NCBI RefSeq assembly: GCF_000315625.1
Contig: NW_005434574.1
Location: forward strand, 1-42,196
Source of the DNA: Guillardia theta CCMP2712
Taxonomy: Eukaryota; Protista; Cryptophyta
Direction: 5' to 3'
Length of the DNA stretch: 42,196 nt
The notes under the pieces are model-generated. The model searched no databases. It had not been told where the DNA came from and worked only from the letters and a program-made list of their open reading frames with translations. Numbering within the stretch: position 1 is the stretch's first letter; every line of letters starts with the position of its first letter. Positions 32,001 to 42,196 of this stretch are shown piece by piece. The position numbers and the translations under genes are program-made.

Positions 32001-33938
32001 GATCAGCTGACTCACCGTGACCAGATCTTGAAGCATCGTTGCCTTCCAACCTTGCAAGCACGTCTCGTCAACCTCTGCCCCTCCTCTTCTCACGCATGGC
32101 GCCAGCGTCGCGCTGTATCCTCGCATGGCGAGGAGGAGGCACTGGGAGGGCCTAAAGGAGTAGGCGGCGGAGAGAGAGAAGGAGAGCACAAGAGTGACAC
32201 CAACTGAGATGACAACATGCATCGAGATGTACGTGTCCAGCTTCTTGGCCAGCTCGGAGACTGAGTTGTCGCCGAGCTCGTTGTCAAACTGTCCAATCCT
32301 CTTGTTCCTCAGCCTGTTGATGCGGCTCAGGAGCTGAAGGATACGAATAATTCGCGCGACTCGAGCGCCTGCGCTGGCAGCCCTACCGCTCCTGGCAAGG
32401 TCAGAGACGTTCTTGCCGATGTTGAGGATATCAATGCCAACCATGAACCAAATAACGTCGGGGAGGAGGGAGAGAAGAGAGATAAGGTCAAGCCAGAAGT
32501 AGAAGGAGGAGAGGTACTTGGGTTCCCACCGCATGCGGAGGAGGAAGTCTACGAGGAAGACGAAGAAGCATGCGAAGTTGACAGAGAAGATGGCGCGATC
32601 GAGGAAGAGAGGAGGGTTGAGGAGGATGTAGACGTCGTCCCCGCACAAGATCCACATGGTGCAGATGATGTTGAGGTAGATGACACCCTTGGACTCGAGA
32701 AAGTTCTCAATCTTCACATCTCGTTCGCTCTTTGCCTTCTTCTTCTCCTTCTCAGCGCTTGCCACATCGTCCTTCTTGCTTGACACAGCCTCCATCTCCT
32801 CCATATCATCGGAATAGACCGTCGACCAGGCCGTGTCTCGTTGCTGCTCAAACTTGCCGCTCATCCAACCATCACTCGAGTCTGTGCTGAAGCGCTTCTG
32901 CAGGCGAGGAGGAGGAGAGGACGGATCTTCGGGAGACACCTTCCTCCCCCTGACGAGAAGACTCTTGAATCTCGTCTGGAACGATGAGAGTAAGACGAGA
33001 GGGGGCGGGAGGGGGCGGAAGAGGGCGGGAGAGGAGAGGGAGAGAGAGAGAGAGAGAGAGAGGGAGGGAGAGGAAGAGGGAGAGAGAGAGGGAGAGAGAG
33101 AGGGAGAGAGAAGTGGGGGAAAAGGGAGAGCAGGAGAAAGGAGAAGGAGGGGAAAAGGCGACTAATGAAAGAGAGATGCAACAATTGAAATCGATCACCG
33201 TAGAAAGAATCAATGCTTTGTTCTGCATAATGCTCTTCGATTTGCTTATTTGGAATGCAAGCGCTTTCCTCCTGGTACCAGACAGAGCTCTCATTCCACA
33301 TCGACTAATTCTCCACCACACGGAACACACCATAGCATAGCATAGCATAGCATAGCATAGCATAGCACACCTCTCACAACCGTATACATCATCACATCAA
33401 TCTTCACAACTACAAACCTTCTCTAACAACCATGACGACACTTCATCTCTCAAGACATCATGACATCTTCCGCTCTCACGTGCTTGTCCTCTTGCTATCA
33501 CCTTTGCGCCTCTTGTGTCGCCCACCATAGCGCCCTGGTCCACCGCAACCTCGCAATCTGACTCTTGGTAAGCGCAGCAGCAGCATGGTCGCCTTCGGTG
33601 GACTCCTCTCCATCTAGCGCTGCTTCAGCATGCACGGGACTGAGCACGAGATAGCATGTCAGATCAGTTCACAATGCTCGAGAAGCTTTCTCATCATCAC
33701 ACCTGAACGCAGGTTTTCTGCTTGTTGGGATTTCAATCACGGGAGCTGTCGTCGGTGGAGGCACAATCTGCCCCACCTCAAAACTCGCATGATTGTACAA
33801 GGAATCATCTTCGACGTGATTGCACGAGTTATCTTCCTCGTACTTGTCTCCCTCTGTCTTCGGATTCAAAGATTCGTTGCGAGAGTCACGTCGCAGTGGC
33901 GGGAGAGGTTTGAGCTTCAAGGAAGTGGATTCCGGCAT
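29001..33938 (-). CDS. Class III adenylyl cyclase with N-terminal ion-channel-like (S1-S4) membrane domain, alveolate ACalpha type; incomplete in this assembly
   Basis: FYFWLDLISLLSLL, S4-like LARSGRAASAGARVARIIRILQLL, LLQLGFGEAGAKII, IFGFCDIRNFTDCTEVL, GAPNKNIGDAFL, C-terminal WQGYRALTDK*. The second half of the catalytic domain is not visible (gap 29481-29709). Start codon uncertain. Confidence 0.8.
29710..30117 (-). CDS. Three leucine-rich-repeat exons (gene fragment)
   Basis: Spliced: VPDLSGLSSLTRLALFWNKITELPSLTALNELADLQLSKNQLSILPDLTGQGNLSSLSVGNNKIARIPSSIASCKKLNELSAGSNLISQLPPEVV, i.e. LxxLxLxxNxL repeats. Confidence 0.75.
30160..30490. repeat. (GGA)n/(GTA)n low-complexity tract
   Basis: Long GGA run with two GTA-rich sub-blocks, lying between the cyclase and LRR exons. 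Confidence 0.9.
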
Positions 33939-34272
33939 TATGGTCAGGGTGGTTCTAGCGCTCAGGGGAGCGGGAGCACAAGCTCAACAAGAGCTCTGAG
34001 ACGACCCAAGGTGTGCATACGACATGCCATCAGCGCAACTTCATCATCGCCTCGTCAATGCAAGATTGCAACGAAAAATTGTCATGTGAACTCAATCCAA
34101 CGATGGCATCCAAGGTAGACCTGACCGTCCGAATGGGAGGAAGAGAAGAATCAGGGAGAGGAAGGAAAGTTAGCTTTGAAAACAGGCAGAACAGAACAAA
34201 AGGAGGAGAGAAATCTAAGGCAAGCTCAACCCTGTCTGTTCATCAACAAGAAACTAGACCCTGCTACACTGA

Positions 34273-34333
34273 TGCCCCTGCCCCTGCCCCTGCCCCTGCC
34301 CCTGCCCCTGCCCCTGCCCCTGCCCCTGCCCCT
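34273..34333. repeat. (TGCCCC)n microsatellite
   Basis: Perfect hexamer run. Confidence 0.9.
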
Positions 34334-34689
34334 CAAAGAATCGAAGCTTCCGCGCTATTCACCTCTCAGCCGTGTTTCACTTGCCCATCTTCTCGAGACA
34401 TTCGTACTATAACAGTTGCACTAGAACTGCTAGTTTCGTCTTCCTTCGACATGTTCTAGATCCCAGGGGAACATCCCAACACGTACCCGGCCTTCAGTCT
34501 CCATGTCGTGCCTCTCGAACACGCTTCCATTCTCCTCTTTAAAGCCGCTCTACACTCAAAACGCTAATGTTTTCATCTCGAACCACCATGATCAAAACCT
34601 CTTTCCGCTCTCCTCTCTGGTTCTTCCCCTCCGTCGCCAGCGCTCAACCCTCCCGCAGGCCTGTCCCTGGCAAGCCATTCAACAATATC

Positions 34690-35510
34690 CCCATCCATAC
34701 ACTACCCCCTCTCCCTTATTGACCCACCTTTGCTGACCTTTCACCCCACCTCTAAACCCCTGTACCCCATAAATTGCTTATTGGTTTAAGTTAACCCCAT
34801 TTTTTCAAGTCAAAATAACCCCTTAAAAGTACACAATTGGTGTCTGACCCCACCTTTCAAACAGACCACCCCCTTGCAAAATGGCACACCCACTCACTCA
34901 ACACACACCATCCACCCTACCCCCAAACACTCCTACCACCCCCAGTTTCCTTTCAAGAAGCGTACTACCCACCCTCTCAACTTCACTGAAAACTACCCGT
35001 GGCACAAGCTTGGAGATATTTCCCCGGCCCCAACATGGAAACCTTCAATACCACCGGTCATTTTGACTACCCCCACCCCTACTGTACCCTTGCTAACCCA
35101 GCGTCTCGTCGTTTGACCACCCCCTCATGTATGTCAACACCCCGTCCCCTCCTAATCGTCTCTGATCTCAACCCCCTGAATCTTTCTTTAACCCCTCCTT
35201 GGATGACCCCTACCCCTTCCAATCCACCGACACCAATTGTTCTCCACCCCTCCCCTCCCCTCCTCCTATTATTGTTTAGGACCCCACCGACTCGATGGCA
35301 GGTTAGCACCATTACCTTACGTCTCCTTGTGTACCACCCCACCCTGTTCTTCCACCCCCACCTAGTTTCAAAAATATTGGTTGGGTACTACCCCCATAAA
35401 GAGAAGTCATTAGGAGATAAAACTACCCCTACAAAAATTACCCTACCCCTCAGATAGTTTGTTGCACTACCCCCAGGTTCTCTCTTTGCTGTTTTGTTTG
35501 ACCACCCCCC
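34690..35510 (+). promoter_or_regulatory. Intergenic block dense in C-rich TACCCC/ACCCC motifs
   Basis: Strongly strand-biased recurrence of ctacccc, taacccc, gacccc; ORFs here are Pro/Thr-rich by-products. Confidence 0.4.
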
Positions 35511-35753
35511 CGGGGCTCTACGTCCCGGGACAACCAAAATATTCCCAGATTCTGAGACCATTCATGTATTTCTGATAGTTAATTTCAATATTTCAAACAC
35601 ATTTTCTGTATTCATGAATTGTTTTAAAAGCTCGTAAATTAGTACCGTAAAGTACCTACCCATGACGTTTGAAATAAAACTTCAGTAAATGGAGGGGTGG
35701 TTGATAGCAACAGATTTTTTTTTCCACGAAGAAGTCGCCCGTCTGCGGTAACA

Positions 35754-36278
35754 ATGGACGAGGAGCATGAGGAGAGGAAGAAAAGGAGTAGGAGCGGGAA
35801 GTTCAGCAGGGAGGGGGGAGCCTCCCAGGTACAGGGAGTGCAGGAGGTACAGGGGGCACAGGAGATATAGGGGGTCTAGTAGCAATGTCAGGAGCACCAG
35901 CACCAGCACCAGCACCAGCACCAGCACCAGCACCAGAACTAGCACCAGCACCAGCACCAGCACCAGCACCAGCAGGACAATACCACCAACAACCCAGCTG
36001 CAGGAGATTCTGCAAGGGCATGATGAGCATGAGGGTTGGAAGAGAGGTATTACCAGGATGAAGCTGGAAGGAACAGAGCACAAGAGAAGGAGAGGAAAGA
36101 AGAGGAGAGGAGAGGAGACAACGGGATCAATTTGTTTAGCGTTCGATATCAAACGAGTCATGCAAAGGAAATGATGCAGAAGACCTTGGAAGATGCTAAT
36201 TCAGAGATCTTAGAAGACATCGGGTACAGTTTAAGACTTTTAGACAAGGTGAAGGATTTCATTGGACCGAAGGATTGA
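35754..36278 (+). CDS. Hypothetical spliced gene
   Basis: ATG at 35754 (MDEEHEERKKRSRSGKFSREGEPP) followed by a CAG|GTACAG donor, a repeat-filled intron and short exon-like blocks; no recognisable domain. Confidence 0.2.
35893..35974. repeat. (AGCACC)n microsatellite
   Basis: Hexamer run with one variant unit. Confidence 0.9.
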
Positions 36279-36978
36279 AGGCACGTCAGCTGTTATCCAG
36301 ACATGTTGTTATCAGCTTTTGGAGCATTGCACCCTCTTGATCGTCTTGGCGGTGCTTTCTTCGCTCATTCCAGCTGAGTTTGGAATCGGATGTCATGCAA
36401 TCAGATAAAATCAAAGCTCAAGATCAAATCTTTCCTCGCGAGTTGCGAGAGGATGGCGGATGGTAGTATGCAATATTGAGCATCATTCAAAATAGCTGTC
36501 GAGTGGTAACACACCAGTTTGTTGTATTCTATGTATTAGTACACTGAAACTTGGAACGATCAGTCGCTGCAAGATCGATTTTGTGTACTAGATTGAAGTC
36601 TGATTGTTGAACGATTGTCTCTTACCTAACAATTGATGTTTACGTCAAGAGATGTGGAACTTCGAACATCGCAATGTTCAAGAGTTCTACATAAGTCTTT
36701 GAACAATGTCAAACTAAATGTTGTAAGTTGCTTTATCTTCCATTTTCATCGCTGTCCTCTGACAGCGTCTGCCCTCCTTCGGCGCGACCTTTGTTGTAGT
36801 AGATACTACGGAGAGAGGGATGAGCTCGAAGATCGTCTTTGATGTAGAGGATCAGGGAGAAAGTGCAAAGTGAGTAGGAGGAAGGAGGAAGGAGAGGGAG
36901 AAGGGGAGAAAGCAGGTGCACAAAGAAAAGTTCGACTGCGACAAGATTTTTCGATCATCATAGCAAGCCATTGCCAGC

Positions 36979-39256
36979 TCATCTTGAAGATCTCAACGAT
37001 GGTCTCTCGAACGCTGCAATGATCAGCCGAAGGAACAAGACGATGGCAAACCCGGCAAACGCTCCCCTGCCACCAGAGCCGTCAGGGCACAGGGGCAACG
37101 CACGAGCAGGCAAGGATGAGACCCGAGGTGCGCAACGTGGTTGACCCCTGCTATGCCTCCCTTGGCTGTGATAGCAACTTCCATCTTGAGCTTCTCCCAC
37201 ACCTTTCCCGACGAGTCAACCAGGAGCCCTGCCCTCCTCCCTCCTCTCAATTCCAGTCCCTCTCCGTACTCCCTCGCCCTCTCTCTCCTTTTTCCTCTCT
37301 CTCCTCCTTCCTCCGTCCTCCTCCGTCCTCCTCCGTCCTCTTCCGTCCTCCCAACCAAAGTCACTCCCCCTCCTCTCCTCCCCACTCCCTTCCTCTCCCT
37401 CNNNNNNNNNNNNNNNNNNNNNNNNNNNNNNNNNNNNNNNNNNNNNNNNNNNNNNNNNNNNNNNNNNNNNNNNNNNNNNNNNNNNNNNNNNNNNNNNNNN
37501 NNNNNNNNNNNNNNNNNNNNNNNNNNNNNNNNNNNNNNNNNNNNNNNNNNNNNNNNNNNNNNNNNNNNNNNNNNNNNNNNNNNNNNNNNNNNNNNNNNNN
37601 NNNNNNNNNNNNNNNNNNNNNNNNNNNNNNNNNNNNNNNNNNNNNNNNNNNNNNNNNNNTTCCCTATTCTTGCCCTCCTACTGTCTGTCTCTGCCCCTGT
37701 CTCTGTCACTGTCTCTGTCTGTCTCGCCTTCCATCATCACCTATCCTCAATGTTTCCGCACCCTTCTGCCTCCCTTGCCCTGCAACGTCTCCCCCCCCCT
37801 TTGTTCAGCGGTTCCTCTACAAGATCAACCGCAATGGTAAACAAGCCGAAGACAGCTCCGCTAGCTCCTAGCCCGAGGGTAGAGGACGGCAAGAATATGA
37901 TGCTGGCGACATTGGCAAGGATCTGAGTGACAAGTCAACAGGGCAGGAGCATGAAACGTCTGCTCACCCCGCAAAGTGCGTAGCAAAGCAGAAGGCCCCA
38001 GCCCCCCATCTCCTCCTCGACCAACTGCAGCCAGCTGTAACAAGAGCAAGGCTTCTCCATTCACGCTGTACCTTCCCAAAGACCAGGAGAGGGAACAGGT
38101 TGCTACTCAAATGCTGCACAACATGTCAGGATCCTTAGAAGCAACTTCGTGGCGGCGGGCTACTTGGGCATTGGCATGGCAGAGGGTGGAGGTGAAGTAC
38201 TGATGAAGCTGCGGGTGCATGTGGTTGAAGTACAGCCCGCTCATCTGCATGCTGAAAGACCAATCATGCGATCTTACAGCAAACAAGGGAGAGGTAGTCC
38301 AACGTTGAGAACTTGTCCAGGACGAACATTAAGACATTGACTGCTACCAGCACGAAAACCTGATAACAGCGTGTGCAGAAATCAGATACAAGGAGAGCGA
38401 ACTTGAAGCAACCAAGAATGTGTTCGTTACCATGAAGCACTTCTTTCTGCTCTGACTGCCGCCTTCGGTAGAGAGAGCAGAGAGTCTCTTGAGGGAGAAT
38501 GCTCTGGCAAGACCTGACATCTCTTCAAACCTCTCCACACCTCGACGGAAAAGAGAAAAACACAACTCACCGAACGAGCTCAACTAATGAGTTCGAAGAA
38601 GAGACGGCAGAAACAAAACATCATCGTCATTCGCTATTCGCCATCATCACATGGATCAGATCTTTACATGTAAGCTTCTTTGAGAAGACTTGGCTGCTGG
38701 CGATGGAAGGGATGTGGAGGATCTTTCAGAACCTGCCTCATTGTATCAGAAGAGGACCTTACCGCAACATGATACGATCTCTCTTCTATCCATATGATCT
38801 CACCACTACCACCACCACCATCGTCATCTCCACCATCATTATCCTCATTGCCATCTCCTCCTCCTCCTCCTCCTCCTTCACCACCACCATCAGCCTCAGC
38901 CTCAGCCTCATCATTCTCATCCTCACCCCCTTCCTTTCCATCCTGCTCCTCACCCTCCTCTTCCCCATCCTCTTCCTCCTACCCTCTATCTCCATGATCA
39001 TCCACCACCTCCACCACCACCTCCTCCTCCGTATCATACCCTTCATGCTGGCATCGAAGTGCGGGATGGAGCATACTAGAGTGACTGGTCTTGTCCGGAT
39101 CCCAAGGCCGAGCTCGGGTGCTTGCACACCGATGGGGGATCTGAGCACAAACGCAGAGCAGTCCCGAGGAACGATGAGTAGGAGGAAGCATGAAGTGATG
39201 AAGGGTTGAAGCAGGGAGGAGGGGGAGGAGGGGGAGGAGCGGTATCGATTCAGCAT
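36979..39256 (-). CDS. Plastid-targeted rhomboid protease, RBL11-like
   Basis: Spliced pieces: presequence MLNRY...CFLLLIVPRDCSA|FVLRS; VFVLVAVNVLMFVLDK; LHQYFTSTLCHANAQ|HLSSNLFPLLVFGK|LVEEEMGGWGLLLCYALCG|ILANVASIIFLPSSTLGLGASGAVFGLF (GASG at 37857-37868); GVNHVAHLG|GAFAG. One exon presumably lies in gap 37402-37659. Confidence 0.85.
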
Positions 39257-40143
39257 GAACTGTATGCCTGACTGTAATGCTGTAGAGAGATCCTTGCTGA
39301 TGCAAAGGAGGGATACGATCCGACTAGGTAGGGGTACTTCTATTACCCACACCAAGTGAGTAAATGGTTGGGAAAAGGGTAGGTAGGGTCATAATTTCTG
39401 AGGGTTACGTCTGTTCGGTGCAATGGAGGCTGCCCGCAAAGATGGGGTGGGGGTGAGGGGTGGGGCCCTTTACAAATCCTTTATAACATGTTACCAACAA
39501 TTCCACTCACCAAACTTAAGTAAATATATTCTTAGTATTTATTTATTTATTTATTTGTTTATTTATTTGTTTATTTGTTTCTTTATTTGTTTGTTTATTT
39601 GTATGATATTTTGTAGGGTAGAAAACAGCTGGATGGTACAGTTTTATATCTTGTTTTTAAACGAGGAAGTTATCCTAGCAACACCGGGACGGACAATTAG
39701 ACCTTTATACCTCCGACCTTTGTGTACGAGGCAGTACTATATTTTAAAACATATTATATTTTGTATGGGTAACACTGGGTGTAACAAATACGTTGGTACA
39801 GAATTATATTCAAAACTACTGTTATAAACAGATGAGTTCTCTATAAAATATATGTAGGAATAAATGGGATATAAATGTAAAATTATTTTATGCTTCACAA
39901 CTCCTTGTGGACGTGTAGGGTTATCAAAAGATGCTAGGGGGTGGGGTCTAAGGGATATAGATTTTGTGAGGGGTAGGTATCAGTACTACCCTACCATTTC
40001 CATACCAAAATCCCTTCATAGTACGGGTATTCCATCATGCTCACCCCTACTCAAATGACCCCTACCCCATTGTCTGGAACTTGACACAGTACCCCACGTC
40101 GCCGCTACCCCCGTTGGCACCCACATCGGCCGCCTCAATCGCC

Positions 40144-40670
40144 ATGCTCAGGGCAGCTGTCGTGATGGGCGTCATGGCGACAAGCAGCGCGTTTGTTCCC
40201 AGGTAACATGCAGAGGATGGAGAGAGGAGGAGGAGGAGGAGGCGAGAGCGAGAGTGGCGTGGAAGAAGAGAAAGATGGAAGAAGAGAGGGGGGCATGGGG
40301 AGGACGGAAAGGGGGCGAATTGAGCATTCCGGCCGAGGATGTAGATGCGGAAGAGATGCAGGTAAGGAGTAGGCTCGTACTAGTGATCCGACATCAAGAG
40401 ATTCAAGGCGATATCATCCCTGTCCGAGCTTCAAGGAGGCTCGAAGAGGAGGGAGAATGTGTTGAGGGAGAAACGAGGAGGTAGACGATAGTTGAGAGCC
40501 GAGAGCAGAGGGAAGGTGGATGCAGAGAGGGAAGGGAGAGGAGGACGCAGGTACGACTTCGAATCCTAATATGTTATGATTGCAGCAGCATTTCTCCCTC
40601 TCCCCTCGCTCTCCGTGCGTCAATCACTGAAGCTCCTTCCAAGGCTTCTCCAACTACTCGCATGACGGGG
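40144..40670 (+). CDS. 5' exons of a plastid-targeted preprotein, truncated by a gap
   Basis: Exon 40144-40202 MLRAAVVMGVMATSSA|FVP (ASAFAP-type) splices in phase 2 to 40586-40670, SSISPSPLALRASITEAPSKASPTTRMTG, which is transit-peptide-like. Confidence 0.65.
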
Positions 40671-41253
40671 GTTAGTTAACGTGTCTGGTTCTTGTTCCCC
40701 TCCTCCTCCTCCCTGCCTTTGCTCCTCCCTCCCTCCCTCCCTCCCTCCCTCCCTCCCTCCCTCCCTCCCTCCCTGCCTTCCTCCCTCCCTCCCTCCCTGC
40801 CTGCCTTCCTCCCTCCCTCCCTCCCTCCCTCCCTATCGACGGCAAGGGTCTNNNNNNNNNNNNNNNNNNNNNNNNNNNNNNNNNNNNNNNNNNNNNNNNN
40901 NNNNNNNNNNNNNNNNNNNNNNNNNNNNNNNNNNNNNNNNNNNNNNNNNNNGTGAGGGGATAGGAGGGTCCTCTACCATGGGTCTCTGGGAGTATAGGAC
41001 CCAACCGTCAGCTTCTCTTTAGAAACGCAGGGGTCCTCACTAAGTTTACTGGGTGACGGTGGGGGATTACTAACCCTAGTCAACTCCACACCGGCTAGGG
41101 GATTCTCGGTCCACTCCATGCTTCAGTGTACCATCGAGGATACGCCTCCCCTCCTCCCATATCTCCACACCCTCCTGTCGTATTGTGATGGACAGTGCCA
41201 GGTTCCCCTAGCCAAGAAGAATGCTCTCCAGAAGAATATGAGCAGTGGAGCAT

Positions 41254-41289
<36 letters not shown>

Positions 41290-41425
41290 TCCCGATTAGT
41301 CCCCCTCCCCCACCCCGGGGGGGGGAAAAGGCAATGGGAAGGATGAGTACCGTTCAAATAGCCCAGGGATGCCATCAGAGTTGAGCGTGAAAGGAGAATT
41401 GAGGAGGAGCGAAGGACGAGGACGA

Positions 41426-41460
<35 letters not shown>

Positions 41461-41684
41461 GAAGAGGGGGGGGGGACGAGGACGAGGACGAGGACGAGGA
41501 GAAGGGGGTGGGTGGATCTCTGTGTGTATTGTAGAGAGGAGTATTTCAAAATCCTTCTCCCCATCCTTCTCCTGTTTCCCCCTTCCTGTTCCTTCTCCTG
41601 TTTCCTCCTTCCTGTTTGCCCCTCCCTCCTTGTCGTTGCTGTCCTGCTTTCCATCGTTTCTCTGAAACGCCTTCTTCCTTCAGG

Positions 41685-41868
41685 TCCTCACAGTCCAGAG
41701 GCTGACCCAGGGGATGGGCGAGGATGAGATGAAGAAATGGATGACAGCACGAGGCTACAAGTAAGAAGTTTGTTGAGCTCAGTCAGTGCATAACAAGAAC
41801 AATCTTGCAGGAATTCTGTTCAGAATGAGATCTTGCGCCTGTCGGGTACTCTTAGGGAACATGGCTGA
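41685..41868 (+). CDS. Terminal exons of a hypothetical protein
   Basis: VLTVQRLTQGMGEDEMKKWMTARGYK, a GTAAG..GCAG intron, then NSVQNEILRLSGTLREHG*. Confidence 0.35.
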
Positions 41869-41956
41869 ATAGAAGGTGATAAAGTCTGCCGGCAGGTGAA
41901 ATCAAGGCTGGGAGGATCAGCCTGCCTTCCTGGGCTCGCATGGTGAGAAGCGACGG

Positions 41957-41992
41957 GATGATGATGATGATGATGATGATGGAGATGATGGA

Positions 41993-42086
<94 letters not shown>

Positions 42087-42092
42087 ATGATG
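41957..42092. repeat. (GAT)n microsatellite
   Basis: Long trinucleotide run; source of the spurious poly-H and poly-M ORFs. Confidence 0.95.
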
Positions 42093-42196
42093 ACAGTTCA
42101 CACTGATTGTTCTTGTAGATGGAGGATGCTGTGGCGCTTGAGAAGAAGTCAGCTGCAAGTTCTGTAAGTGCGGCAGGGAAGGTTTGACTTTCTTGA

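Noticed and set aside
37809-37871. Plus-strand terminal exon RFLYKINRNGK...
   Set aside because: The opposite strand encodes the rhomboid GASG catalytic exon.
41820-42167. Poly-His and poly-Met ORFs
   Set aside because: Products of the (GAT)n repeat.

Overview
Eukaryotic, gene-dense, intron-rich nuclear DNA. Introns are short GT-AG with CTGAC-type branch points and are often filled with (GGAGA)n, (GGA)n or (CTCCTG)n microsatellites; there are five N gaps. Bipartite SA|F plastid presequences point to an alga with a complex red plastid, probably a cryptophyte (inference). Hand splicing gives: (1) a 17-exon, ~1880-aa gene (1214-9008, +) with signal peptide, LRLRGG, FG-rich tracts, thioredoxin-like fold, TPRs, TBC GAP domain, RanBP1-type Ran-binding domain and RanBP2-type zinc finger, i.e. 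a Nup358-like protein with a built-in TBC-type candidate RanGAP, possibly targeted to the periplastid compartment/nucleomorph; (2) a bHLH-PAS transcription factor; (3) a ~4-kb near-identical inverted duplication of a gene combining a zinc finger, a Bacteroidota tail-fibre/S74-like module, SAM, several TM helices and a RelA/SpoT-like nucleotidyltransferase; (4) PRORP; (5) a voltage-sensor-like/class III cyclase gene interrupted by out-of-phase LRR exons; (6) a plastid RBL11-like rhomboid and a divergent plastid preprotein; plus a 32-bp minisatellite and two classes of motif-rich intergenic DNA. All domain calls are by motif recognition, not database search.
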